Below, piece after piece: positions 50,439-63,413 of a stretch of DNA of 64,000 nucleotides. Under the pieces are notes generated by a model. It was given only the letters and a program-made list of their open reading frames with translations, was not told the origin of the DNA and searched no databases. Numbering within the stretch: the stretch's first letter is position 1; the number at the start of each line of letters is the position of its first letter. Source of the stretch: Octopus sinensis (taxonomy: Eukaryota); contig NC_043022.1 in NCBI RefSeq assembly GCF_006345805.1, positions 13,578,001 through 13,642,000 on the forward strand, given 5' to 3'. A program made the translations under genes and the position numbers.

Positions 50439-51010
50439 CTTTTTAAGTAGTACCGTACCTAAGTATGGCAGGAAGTTTTCAGTTCGTTTTATGTAACACA
50501 TTCTACCAGTATACGAAGCTCAAACGTGTTTACTCTTTTACTTGTTTCAGTCATTTGAAAGAACCTTCCTTTGCATCAGAACTTGTTCATTAAACATAGG
50601 AAGGATCAGCCACGAGAGAAGCTGCAGGTACCTAAAACTACGAGTACTACTTAAGAAGAGTGGTCCCGGTGCGCGCACTCGCGTAGCAGCGCTAGCTAGT
50701 CGTGACTAGTGGCTCCTTACTTTGTGGTTTATTTTATTTTCTAGACTTTTTATTTACTCAAAATGTAAAGACAGATGAAATACCACTAAGCATTTCGCCC
50801 GGTGTGCTAAAGTTTCTGCCAGCTCGCCGCCTTATAGTTTAAAGATATTACACCGCTCATGTCAAACTTGTTAAGGGTCGATATAATTACAAAAAAATTA
50901 TTTTTCTAAATGTGCCGGTCAAAGCGAAAAGATCCGTACGGCATTCTCCGCTGCCCAGATCGATTCATCAAAGACGTTGAAAAAGCCAATTCTTTGAGAA
51001 AGAATCCTTA

Positions 51011-51333
51011 AAGACTCCGCCGGTTACGACGACGAGGGTCCCAGCTGATACGATCAACGGAACAGCTTGCTCGTGAAATTAACGTGCAAATGGCTGAGCA
51101 TTCCACAGACACGTGTACCCTTAACGTAGTTTTCGGGGATAATCAGCGTGACACAGAGAGTGACAAGGCTGACCCTTTGAAATACAAGTATACAACTCAT
51201 TTTTGCCAGCCGAGTGGACTGGAGCAACGCGAAATAAAGTGTCTTGCTCAAGGACACAACACGTCGCCGGGAATCGAACTCACAACCTTACGATCATGAG
51301 CCGAATGCCCTAACCACTAAGCCACGCGCCCTC
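51011..51333 (-). mobile_element. Family C tRNA-derived CORE SINE, full length
   Basis: Minus head GGCGCGTGGCTTAGTGGTTAGGG..GTGAGTTCGATTCCCGG, then GTGTCCTTGAGCAAGACAC CORE-like segment. Confidence 0.85.
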
Positions 51334-51402
51334 CCTGAGAAAGAATCCAAACTTAGAAGCGTTAGCAACAACCAAGGGCAATAACTCATATCTTACCAGT
51401 CA

Positions 51403-51545
51403 ACCGGATGTCTCAATATGCGCATGTGCGTATTCTCTATCATTAGTCTAGTTTTTTTTTACAAGTCGACATCAGATTTTGGTTGAGAGAGAAAAGTTTT
51501 TTCTCGCAGACACTCATCGCCAAATTTGTGTTACTCAATGTAAGT
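51403..51545 (+). promoter_or_regulatory. Candidate promoter and short non-coding first exon of the downstream gene
   Basis: ETS-like ACCGGATGT (51403-51411), NRF1-like TGCGCATGTGCG (51419-51430), E2F-like TTTGGCGA (minus, 51517-51524) and donor AAT|GTAAGT (GT at 51540). Confidence 0.4.
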
Positions 51546-51819
51546 TGTCTTGATGAATTCACCTTTAGTGTTGCTTTTGCTATTATTTCATAAACTCTGT
51601 GATTTCGCTTCTGTCTTCCTTCAGCCTCATTTGCCTCTTGTTGTTATTATTACTTATAATGTGAGTTGCTCTCTCTCAAGTGGTGGCCACTTGAGTTTTT
51701 TTGTGTGGCAAATACTGGAGTTTTTTGTCATCTATATACACTCGCATACAGCCACATGTTTGTGTATAGCTAAGTCCTAAGTCCTCACACACGAAGCTGT
51801 CTATCTGTCTATCCTCAAG

Positions 51820-52205
51820 ACACCGTATCTTCTATTAAATATAATATATATATCTATATATGTGTAGTGTATGGGAGTATATAGGTGTGATGTGTATGTA
51901 AATAATTTTTATACAAATAAGCAAGGCACTGTATCTTCTATTAAATATATATATTATGTGTAGTGTATGGGAGTATATAGGTGTGATGTGTATGTAAATA
52001 ATTTTTATACAAATAAGCAAGGCACTGTATCTTCTATTAAATATATATATTATGTGTAGTGTATGGGTGTATATAGGTGTGATGTGTATGTAAATAATTT
52101 TTATACAAATAAGCAAGGCACTGTATCTTCTATTAAATATATATATTATGTGTAGTGTATGGGTGTATATAGGTGTGATGTGTATGTAAATAATTTTTAT
52201 ATACA
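51820..52205. repeat. 96-bp tandem repeat (~4 copies)
   Basis: GCAAGGCACTG at 51921, 52017 and 52113. Confidence 0.9.
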
Positions 52206-52609
52206 CAGAACCATAGACAAATTCTTTTCAAAACTAGTTTATATATATATACATACACACACATATATATACGCATGCATGTATAATATGATTAAGATTC
52301 AAACAGTTCAGTGCTTATATATATATATATATATATATATATTATGTGTAGTGTATGGGTGTATATAGGTGTGATGTGTATGTAAATAATTTTTATACAC
52401 ATAAGCATAGACAAATTTCTTTCAAAACTAGTTATGTATATACACATACACACACATATATATATATATACACGCATGCATGAGAAAATATGATTCTTAA
52501 GATACACGCAGTTCAGTGTTTTCTTTATAAATATATATACACACATACATACATACATATATATATAGGACAGCTATTCCGGAAGTCCACCTGTGCATGT
52601 ATGTGTGTG

Positions 52610-52648
<39 letters not shown>

Positions 52649-53333
52649 ATGTATATATTGGACAGTACACAAGCACATATATATGTATATATAAGTACAC
52701 CTCTTTATATTCCCAGCTCCTTTAATTGCAAAACTATAGTGTCCGTATTAGTGTTCATTGTTGAAACACCCCAGTGTCACCCGCACAACCTGCCAACGTG
52801 TTTATTGTCGACCAGCATCGACCACCCTATTTTCGTGCCAGGGGATTTCCCCCCTCCTGATGGCTTTCTGCCCACGCAACTTTCTTTGGCCAGAACTATA
52901 TATATATATAAAAGTATACAATATGAATGAAGGAAAAAGGCCTTCAGAAATGCTTGATGGTTGTAAAAAAAACATATATTTATTTACATATCACATATTA
53001 ATTCTTCATATTTTTCTAGCGCTTTCAACTACTCCTGTAGTCTCATCAGAAATGTCAGTTTGTAGAGTTTTGCCTGTATTTATATTATTGGTGAATGAAG
53101 TGAGGAGAGAGAGAGTGGTTGTGTATACCTATATATATATATACAACAACAATTGCGGAATGGCCTTAATAGGCCATTCGACCCACTAGAAAGAGCAGCC
53201 AGGACTCAAACCGCCAAGTAGTAGTAATTCAGAAATTAAAGGAAAATTAAAAAGCATTTACCCTATTCGTCTTTAGACAACGCATTGTTTCGGTGTTTTT
53301 AATGGCAAACCAGCTTAATTAAATTAAATTAAG

Positions 53334-53391
<58 letters not shown>

Positions 53392-54115
53392 TCTGATGTA
53401 TCGCCTATGTAGTGGTCACTCTGACCAACTGTAACCATCTAAATATATATATTTGTGGCGAAGATGACCAGCCGTAATAATAAACTTCCTAAAAAATATC
53501 ACTGCTCTAATGATTTAGTGTACATCCTTTTCAGATGTATATATATGTATATGTATAATTGGGATATCTTTAAGCTGTATAATAATATATATCAATGCAA
53601 AATTAAAGTATTTAGTCTTCACTGGACTAAACTGGAGAACAAGGATGTAAACATCCCTTGATACATACAAGTATATATACTTTGGTTTTGCACTGATGTA
53701 TAATTGGTATAAAAAAGTAGAATGGAGAAATTGACGTGTAGACATCATTTTATTCGAAAACATTTTAAATAAGTTGGAATATCTTTGAAGAAATTCATGA
53801 CTATACGTCAATTTCTCCATATTCATATAATAGTATAAGTTTGCTTGAAGTTTTTAAGTAAAGCCAAAACAATGTTGTAAGAAATAATGCAAGTTGATGG
53901 TTTCTACTGTGTTTTTTTTGCCTTATATTTAAGCATTTCGTTGCTAGGTTTTCCTTTTCAGGATATCTTCGGAGATGTTATGAACTTAGGTGTCTATTCT
54001 GTAGTGTGTATAAACTAAACACACACACATATATACATGTGTGTGAACTATTGTATATTATTCAGGTGTGCGAATGTCTCTGGAAGTCTATGAGAAAGCA
54101 TATATATATATATAT

Positions 54116-54321
54116 ATACTAAGCAATAAAGGGTTTAGCAACGAATTGCCTTACCACATACCGAATTTAGAAATAGCAGTCAAAGAGTTATAGCTATTTC
54201 TTCTACTAAAAAGGGAGATCTCCCTTTTTAGTAGAAGAAATAGCTATAACTCTTTGACTGCTATTTCTAAATTCGGTATGTGGTAAGGCAATTCGTTGCT
54301 AAACCCTTTATTGCTTAGTAT
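54116..54321. repeat. Perfect 206-bp palindrome without spacer
   Basis: Arms mirror about AGA|TCT (54218/54219) for 103 bp. Confidence 0.95.
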
Positions 54322-54642
54322 TACTTAAATTTTCCTCGAATGAGGCTTTTACATGCCGAAGACTACTTGGTGTAATTGATAATTATTCCAAATTAATTAA
54401 TTTCACCCTTCATTATTACGGATATATATATATATATATATATAGATAAATGAAAGGAACTACTTAAACATTTTTATATTAGGCAAATCAAACAGTGAAA
54501 ATCATAAACCAATACATAGAAATAAAATTAATAATTTTAATATCTATATATATTTATACTATAAAATTAGATTTAATCCTAAATCTAATTTTTCCCTGTA
54601 AGTTTGGTTTATACTAGTGTCCAGTGAAAACTAAATACTAAT

Positions 54643-54674
<32 letters not shown>

Positions 54675-54864
54675 TATTTCGGACAGGAAACAGTTGAGTA
54701 AACAAACTGACAATATTTTTGTAAGCCCCGATAAGAAAGAATGCTTTGTACCCTTCCAGTCTTTTCTTCACCCATTCATCCACGAGTGACCGATATAAGC
54801 GTATGTGTATGTATGTATAGTTTTATATATATATATACCTATATGGTACTATAGTACCACCTAG

Positions 54865-54909
<45 letters not shown>

Positions 54910-55580
54910 TATAGTTTTTAGAAGACTAGGTTTTTAGTGCCATGGGAATGTTTAAAATAATGATGAAATATTCTAATTGTATCACAACTAAAGGGAAATG
55001 GACAGCTTCTGTTACTCTTTAATCTTCGTATGACTGGCAATGTCATCCTTTGCCTAAAAAACCAAAAAGCTGTTGGACATTATAAACTTAACGAAGGACG
55101 CGTGGTCATGTTTTGAGGAAAATGTCCCGCTCCTTATAACAGTTATGCACTTTTAAGTCTGTAATAAAATTCCTTCTGAAAGCTGATATGGGGTTTTATT
55201 ATTGTAGTTGTTTGGGGTCACTGAATGAATAGATGTATAAATGATACCCAGTCCCCTTTATCATACGGATATATGTCTTAATTTCTCAACCCTCCCTCCT
55301 TCCTTTTCCTAGTTTCCCAGTTTTTTAAATTCTTACAAGTTTTGGCTTTAAGGTTTACCAGTGGTTTGCCGTTAAAAAAACCAAATCGAAAATTGCAATT
55401 TATTTGGATAAAAATAACACTATATATATTTGTGTGTGTATACATATATAATTATATATCAATAATAACAAAGGGTAAAATTAATCAATTAAGAAGTAAT
55501 CAATAATTTCACCAAGTAGATTCATATATATGTATATTAAAAAAATGCTTAGTGCTTATATCCATGTGTATATAAAATGC

Positions 55581-55611
<31 letters not shown>

Positions 55612-55718
55612 TATATGGAAGATGTGCTCTCATGTATGTGTGTGTAAACTCAATTTTGGCTGAGCATCAAACTAATTCCTTGAGCACATTTTGTTTGTTA
55701 TTGTTCATATGATTTGTC

Positions 55719-55774
<56 letters not shown>

Positions 55775-56492
55775 GCGCGCGCGCAAATGATTTTAACTTG
55801 CTAAAGGCGGATTAGAAAAACTTCTATTGAATAATCAATCCACTATTCAGAAGAAATCCATGTTCACAGCATTTTTGCGATTGTTTTCTCATGAGAAAGG
55901 TTCTCTTAAATAGTTTGACATACTTTAAGGGTGGTCATCCCTAAATCTAAGGTGTCTACTGTTGAACATAAAACCCACGTGTCTTTCTTTTTGCTTTGCC
56001 ATATTTGTATAACAGTCAGTGGTTTTTTGGTGTCTTAATGAGTAAAGTTGTTTTATTTTTTTTTTATTTAAAATATTTAGAAATAAAATATCGATTTGTA
56101 ATTGCTTATTGGAATCGGTCGGTTTTATATGTTAGGAAAAGAACCAAAAAAATTCTTGGTTTTATTTGTAGGGGAGAAAATATATATATATTGTAATTGA
56201 AATGGACAAGTCGGAAATAATTTATCTTATTTTCGTGGCTATACGTGTGGATATTTTATATAGAAATTTGTGGCTTGAATAAAGCTAAACCTCCTTCCTT
56301 GCTTTGGAGTTTCAGAAAGTGTAAACGTCATGTTTTGACATTTTTTCTCTCCATTAATTAATATTGGGCTAAGTCGGTATTTGTGTGTGATCCTACCAAT
56401 AACGGAACAACGAAGTACTTATGAGTGTTTATTTGTACAGATGGGCGAAGGATATGTCTAAATATATACACTCGTTGAACGATAGCCTGTTA

Positions 56493-56633
56493 TAAGGTTG
56501 TCCCAAAAGTTCGTAGAAAGTCTTGGAAAATAATGGTCTTTATTTTGAAGAATAATTTTTGTTGTTTTTGTTAGTACTTGGCGAGTAAAAATTCAATTTT
56601 CGCAAGTGTTTACGAACTTTTGGGACAACCTAA
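56493..56633. mobile_element. mariner-type MITE
   Basis: TA|TAAGGTTGTCCCAAAAGTTCGTA ... TACGAACTTTTGGGACAACCTAA|TA. Confidence 0.85.
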
Positions 56634-57104
56634 TATTTAAGCTGATGGCGGTAGAATATTTTCTTTAAAAAAAAACCTAATTGTATACATGCGCGTGTGT
56701 GTGGTCGAAGGTAAACGTTTAGATTATACACGTTCAGTGTATGTCTCTGTTGACAAGCACTGGTAGATTTTCTTTATGAAAAAATAGTGATTGAATCGAA
56801 AATAGTGAAGGTACCAAATAAAACTGGTGTGCCTACAACAATTTTCTGTGTATCAACCATTCTCTGTCTGTACGGAATGTATGAATAAAAACAAACGTGG
56901 ACACATGCTACCCGCCATTCAACAGTGACCTAGACAAACATCACGTGGAATGCAAGCCGTAATGGTTATACCCATATTAAGGGGCTCCATGCATGGACCT
57001 TGTAGCCCCCCCCCGTCTGGGGTGGGTAGATATGATAGTTGAGTGATTATTGTTGTGCTCAAAGTTTAAGGCTGGAGGTCTATTAAAACGTGTTTTTTTT
57101 TTTT

Positions 57105-57508
57105 AACTCTTTACTCTTTTACTTGTTTCAGTCATTTGACTGTGGCCATGCTGGAGCACCGCCTTTAGTTGAGCAAATCGACCCCAGGACTTATTTTCTG
57201 TAAGCCTAGTACTTATTCTATCGGTCGTTTTTGCCGAACCGCTAAGTTACGGTGTCGTAAACACACCAGCATCGGTTGTCAAGCGATGTTGGGGGGGGGG
57301 GGCAAACACACACACACACACACATATATGCATATACATATATACGACGGGCTTCTTTCAGTTTCCGTCTACCAAATCCACTCCCAAGGCTCTGGTCGAC
57401 CTGAGGCTATAGTAGAAGACACTTGCCCAAAATGCCACTCAGTGGGACTGAACCCGGAACCATGTGGTTGTAAACAAGCTACTTACCACATAGCCACTCC
57501 TACGCCTT
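57105..57508 (-). mobile_element. Family A SINE
   Basis: Full tail-to-head match. Confidence 0.9.
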
Positions 57509-57692
57509 TATGAAAAAGCGTAGGAGTTGATGTGGGTTTCCAATTATAAATGACTGGTTACATTCAATTGAAGAATTAGACTTTTCTGTTATATATATAT
57601 GGATATACACACACACATATATGTATATTAATATAAATACATGAAATTTGTTAAAAAAAGGGGATCATGTATATACCTCCTGGCTGTTGAGA

Positions 57693-58110
57693 TTATAACA
57701 CCTCATAAACAATGTTCCTTGTTTTTCCTTGTGGAGCATATACAAAAAGGTTTCTTTTGGTTCCTACTCTTGAGCAGCCAACATACAGTTGCCCATGCGA
57801 GAAGCAGGGCTCTTCCAAGAGAAGACCAGCTACAGAGAGGGTTTGACCCTGAGATTTGTTAATGGACATGGCAAAGCTGACACGAAGGGGGAATTGCAGT
57901 CTTCTGAATGTAAATGGAATTTCTGCTCCTGATGGAGTAAGAGGAAATCTTGGAATAAAGACGTCACCTTTTCCACATCCAGAAAGAATGATCGCCTTGA
58001 TAACGTGTGATATCATTTTCTTTATCACTAGTAGTGTTCCATTGCAAAGTCTTGGTGGTTCCAGATTGCGGAGTAGCATTACAGGAGTTCCAACTTTAAG
58101 CGGTAATATG
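57693..58110 (-). mobile_element. Helitron PIF1-like helicase C-terminal fragment
   Basis: LKVGTPVMLLRNL..RLCNGT..RRLQFPLRVSFAMSINKSQGQTL..PCFSHGQLYVGCSRV are hallmark Helitron/PIF1 motifs; no 5' part is present. Confidence 0.9.
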
Positions 58111-58303
58111 TGTTGCTACTGCCATTACTACTGCTGTTACCACTGCCTCTGCTACTGCTGATTGTGATATTGCTGCTGCTAATGATGAAGATTAGTGGTT
58201 GAAAATAAATATATAAAACAAACGTAGAAAAAAAAAATGAAAAATCCAATAATAATTTAACATTACTTGAAAAGGTAGTGGGTAGCGAACTTCTTCACTA
58301 CTT

Positions 58304-61300
58304 CAGGGAGTGACGACCCTGCCTGATACGAGTTCCGGGCTCAGCTGGCTCCGGCTGACAGTACCCGGTATGGGCCCCTATCCAGGGTTACGGGAAGGAG
58401 ACAACCTTCAAAGAAATCTGGAGTGGAGCCCCGAAGGCGGTTTAGTGTTCGACTTGACACTCTTCCGGCAGCTCCTGCAACCAAGCTGGTGCCAAACGTA
58501 ATGCTCTGCACTCCTTTGGACTACATCAGCAAGGTCGAGAGAGGAAACCTGACGATTGGGCTACCCAGGATTTTCTTATTTCTTGCCCAGGCCTGCGCAA
58601 AACTGGAGAGGACACTTCAGTGCTGCTGTAAAAAGTGGCAGAAAAAACACGGGAGGTAAGAGTCACGAGTGATAAGTCCATTCAGATTGGCGTAAAATAT
58701 GGGCGCTACAGGTTGTCTCTGACGGTGGGAGGAACCTCCATGTCCTCTTGGTTAGCTACTGCCCACCTCAAGCTGGGCAGCCCCCAGTTAATAAGGTGCT
58801 GACCCGCCACAGGCCGCCTGCTCCATTGGGTGCTTGGAGCTAAGAGTATGACTCGAAAAGCGGCCTGCAACCTCTGCACCAGGCAAACAACTAAAAGACA
58901 AGAAACCACCAGTCCTGCGTAGCAAACTGGAATGTCAGGACCATGTGCCCTGGCATATCTGATGATCTACTCAGGGTTGAAGACACAAGAAAAACGGCCA
59001 TCATTGACTGTGAACTAAAGAGGCTTAACATAGACATTGCTGGGCTACAGGAGACAAGACTTCCCTCAAACGGCAAACTCAAAGAACAGGATTTCACCTT
59101 CTTTTGGCAGGGAAGCGATCCTGAAGAACCTCGTCAGCATGGCGTTGGCTTTGCAGTGAGAAACTCATTGCTCTCCTCAATAGAACCACCATCAGGAGGC
59201 ACTGAGCATATCCTCTCACTGCGCCTCTTGACTTCTTCTGGCTCAGTACATCTATTGAGCATCTATGCTCCCACTCTCTACAGCTCAGAGGAGACCAAGG
59301 ACTAGTTCTACAAAGATCTCAACTGTGTCATTAAAAATATACCAACAAACGAAAACATCTACCTTCTAGGGGATTTTAACGCTCGTGTGGGATCTGACCA
59401 TGATTTGTGGCCCATTTGTGTTGGACACTTTGGTATTGGCAACATGAATGACAATGGTCAGAGACTACTCGAATTCTGCACATACCATAACCTGTGCACC
59501 ACAAACACATTCTTTGCCAACAAGCCATCCCATTTGGAGACATCCAAGATCTCACCACTGGCATCAGCTGGATCTCATCATTACACGAAGATCCTTTCTG
59601 AATTCCGTTCAACTGACCCGCAGTTACCACAGCGCGGATTGTGACACAGATCACTCACTAATTAGAAGTAGGGTGAAGATTCTGCCTAAAGAAGTCCATC
59701 ACTCCAAGAAAGTGGGCCGACCACACATTAACACTGCTAGAACCTCAAAACCTACACTGCTTCTATCAAGGTTGCCCTCAGTAGCTGCCCAACCTCCTCT
59801 GCTGAAAGTAGGTGGAATTATATCAGGGAAGCTTTGTACACCACATCAATAGATACTTTCGGCATGAGAGAAAGGCAAAACCCAGATTGGTTCAATTCTG
59901 GGCTCTCAGAGCTGGAGCCAGTTATCGAAGCAAAGCGTGCAGCTCTGATGCAATACTAGAGTGATTCTTCTACAAAGTCACTCGAAGAACTCAGAAGGGC
60001 AAGAAATAAAACCCAACTGACAGCCAGACGCTGTGCAAATAGGTATTGGCAGGAAATCTGTCAGAGTATCCAGTCAGCTGATGACAGTGGCGACACCCGT
60101 GGGTTTGAAGAAGGCGCTCAGTCCATCCGCAACTAAGTCAGCCCCTCTGAAATCAACTACTGGAGATCATCAAAGCCGGCAAAAACACCATCCTGCTTCA
60201 GCACCTTCATGAGCTTCTGTGTCAGTGCTGGGAAGAAGGTACAGTCCTTCAGGATATGCGGGATGCTAACATCATTACGCTCTACAAAAACAAAGGTGAC
60301 CGTGGTGATTGTAACAATTACCGTGGAATATCTCTTCTAAGCACTGTTGGAAAGACCTTTGCTCGCGTTATCCTGGCTAGGCTACAACTACTTGCTTCTC
60401 GAATTTATCCGGAATCGCAAAGTGGCTTTAGAAGAAGCAGATCAACTATTGACATGATATTCTCCATACGCCAACTTCAGGAGAAGTCCAGAGAGCAGGA
60501 AATGCCATTATATATGGCCTTCATTGATCTGACAAAGGCCTTTGACTCGCTAAGTAGAAAAGGCCTCTTCATTCTGCTCTAAAAAATCGGATGTCCACCA
60601 AAGCTGCTCAGGATCAAGTCTTTTCATGATGATATGCAAGGCACCATACAGCACAATGGTTCAACATAAGCTGCCTTCCAAATAAAAAACGGGGTAAAGC
60701 AAGGTTGTGTCCTCGCCCCTACATTATTTGGCATCTTCTCGCTCTTGCTCTCACATGCCTTTCAGACATCAGATGATGGAGTGTTTCTGTAGAAGTGACG
60801 GGAAACTGTTCAATCTCTCGCGCCTGCGTGCCAAGACCAAAATCAGAAGCGTCCTGATCAAGGAGATGCTATTTGCTGATGATGCCGCTCTGGTATCACA
60901 CACAGAAGAGGCTCTCCAAAGGCTCATCAACTGTTTTGAGCAAGCATGTAACGACTTTGGCTTAGCTATCAGCCTCAAGAAGACCAACATCATGGGTCAG
61001 GCTACATCGGACATAACAAACATACATATTGGAGACCACAGATTACAGGAGGTGGAGAAGTTTACCTATCTTGGCTCTACCGTCACCTACAACCTATCCC
61101 TTGATGCTGAGCTCAATATACACATTGGCAAGGCAGCTGCTGCGATGGCCCAACTCTCCAAACGGGCATGGGACAACAATAAGCTGACCAAGACCACGAA
61201 AATGAAGATCTACCAGGCATGTGTACTTAGCACTCTACTGTATGGAAGTGAAACTTGGACGCCATACACGCCAAGAGCGTCGCCTAAACATCTTTCACCT

Positions 61301-61880
61301 GCGCTGCCTCCGGAAAATCCTCCGCATCAAATGGCAGAACCATATCCCCAACAAAGATGTCCTCAGGCAAGCAGGAATACCAAGCATGTTTGCACTCCTC
61401 ACACAAAGACGTATGAGATGGCTTGGGCATGTTAGCCGTATGAAAGATGGCAGAATCCCCAAGGACATACTCTACGGAGAGCTTGCTAGAGGTACTAGGT
61501 CTGTGGGAAGACTGTTCTTACGTTACAAGGATGTTTGCAAAAGGGACATGAAGGCCTGCAACATCAATATTAGCAATTGGGAAGCAGTTGCCAGCAACCG
61601 TGGAGATTGGCGATGTAGCGTAAAAGAGGGAATACAAAGGAGTGACGGAGAGAGAGAGAGGAGAAATGGAAAGACAAGAAAAGAAGTCAACAAGAAACTA
61701 TGACATTACAACCAGCCAGGAACAGTCTTCGCTACATTTGCGGTACCTGCCAGAGGGAGTGTTTGTCCAGGATAGGACTACCCAGCCACAGCAGGAGATG
61801 TATTAGGACATGAAATGTAAAAGCCGGACAAGACTATTTTGTGCGCAACTCCATTGTCTCCTGAGACAAAAAGGATGCCA
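58304..61880 (+). mobile_element. Near full-length but inactivated RTE-clade LINE (APE endonuclease, RT, C-terminal Cys/His finger)
   Basis: EN motifs WNVRT, GLQET, GDFNA, SDH; RT motifs YKNKGDRGDCNNYRGISLL, FIDLTKAFD, GVKQGCVLAP, LFADD; tail CCATTGTCTCCTGAGACAAAAAGGATGCCA. In-frame stops (e.g. 59303-59305), frameshifts and an internal deletion near 60170 are present. The 5' boundary is approximate. Confidence 0.92.
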
Positions 61881-62089
61881 ATATGAATTGAAAACCAGTA
61901 GTGCAGCATATAAGACCATAGCGGATCTTCTAGCAAAATGCATGACCATTTGTTAATGGTTCATCCCTGTTATATAATATGTTCACTTTAATAGTTTCAG
62001 TATTAAAGTGAAAGTGTCTGCATTACAAAAGAGAGATGTTTTTGTTTCACTTTTAACATGTAATACTGAAATAGTGGAGAAGATATGAT

Positions 62090-62260
62090 ATTGCTGTGGG
62101 GTCGCCCTAGGGAAAAAGTTAAGATTTTTTTTGCCGATATCACTCCCCGGACCTTAAGTAAGGCATGTGTAAAATTTGAATGAAATTGGTTGTGTAGTTC
62201 TCAAGTTTTAGGGAAACACACAGACAGACAGATACACATTCTCAGCTTTATATATATATT
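62090..62260 (-). mobile_element. Helentron/DINE-like non-autonomous element fragment
   Basis: Minus strand TATATAAAGCTGAGAATGTG..(GTCT)n..AACCAATTTCATTCAAATTT, typical of this class. Confidence 0.55.
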
Positions 62261-62857
62261 ATAATAAGAGATAGAGAGAGAGATTACTAACCTTGTTCCC
62301 GAGTTACACTTCTTGTATTCCCGATTACTAAAGTTAAAAAATTTTTTTTTTTTTATAGCAAATTTCGTTAAGACCCTTGATGCTCTCAGACTGTAAAAAT
62401 GTTTGCAAGTCAAAATGTCAAAGACTGTTTCTAAGATTTCTATATTTACATACGATATGGAGCTATAGATTTGTTCCTTTGCTATTTCTCTGTACAACAC
62501 CAATGTTTTCTTGTAGGTGTATTTAGTGATAAATGTAGCCTTGTTTATTGCATTTGTTCACCACTGGTCTGGAATAACTCCGTATATTCAATTGTGAACC
62601 ATATTAGGCTCATCATGGATTGATCTGTCAAAGATCATGCTTGTGTCCCAAACAGAATGCACCCCAGTGACAAACCTACAATGCGCATCTACCCAGAATG
62701 CACAGACTGTCTATTGTGTCTCCATGACCATGCTGCAATGCTGTGTATTTTTTTTTTTTTATATGGATTTATATTCTCATAGCCATCAACCTATGTTGAC
62801 CTGTGAACATGAAAAGCAAAAATTCAAAGGCAGCTGATCCTCACGATGCTGATGAGT

Positions 62858-63200
62858 TTACTCTTACTCTTTTACTTGTTTCAGTCATTTGACTGCGGCC
62901 ATGCTGGAGCACCACCTTCAGTACTTATTCTATCGGTCTCTTTTTGCCGAACCGCTAAGTGACGGGGACGTAAACACACCAGCATTGGTTGTCAAGCAAT
63001 GCTAGGGAGACAAACACACACACATATACATATATACGACAGGCTTCTTTCAGTTTCCGTCTACCAAATCCACTCACAAGGCATTGGTCGGCCCGGGGCT
63101 ATAGCAGAAGACACTTGCCCAAGGTGCCACGCAGTGGGACTGAACCCGCAACCGTGTGGTTGGTAAGCAAGCTACTTACCACACAGCCACTCCTGCGCCT
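62858..63200 (-). mobile_element. Family A SINE with internal deletion
   Basis: Tail-to-head match, ends CCTGCGCCT. Confidence 0.9.
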
Positions 63201-63413
63201 ATAGTTTAGGAGTGTCTCTCAAGAAAATATGTGGGTTTGGCGCCAATGACGCTACCGTTTTTATTTATATTTATAAAGTGTGGAGATGATTCATTTATCA
63301 TGAATTCGATTGACCCCTCCTCCCCCGCTTTTTTAAAAACCGAATCCCTGCGATAAATGAGGATGCATGCCTATTGATTTTAATTCCAAAATTGTCTTTT
63401 TTCTTTCAGAAAA

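Noticed and set aside
51240-51333. tRNA gene calls for SINE heads (also 18904 and 22842)
   Set aside because: A and B boxes are present, but there is no complete cloverleaf and the sequences continue into SINE bodies.
13662-52205. CRISPR-like arrays among the 23-, 64-, 96-, 161- and 245-bp repeats
   Set aside because: All are contiguous tandem repeats without unique spacers, in eukaryotic DNA with no cas genes.
53268-53320. Hammerhead 3' half on the minus strand (ACC-GAAACAA-tgcg-TTGTC)
   Set aside because: Stem III and the GUC triplet look right, but there is no CUGANGA core or adjacent stem I partner; at best a truncated relic.
54335-54370. TCGAATGA-GGC-ttttacat-GCC-GAAG hammerhead-like string
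   Set aside because: The core and GAAA are both non-canonical and stems I and III cannot be built.
58304-58540. HDV-like ribozyme at the RTE LINE 5' end
   Set aside because: A possible P1 (GGGAGTG/CACTCCT) exists, but I could not build P3/L3/P1.1 in the required order; a descriptor search would be needed.
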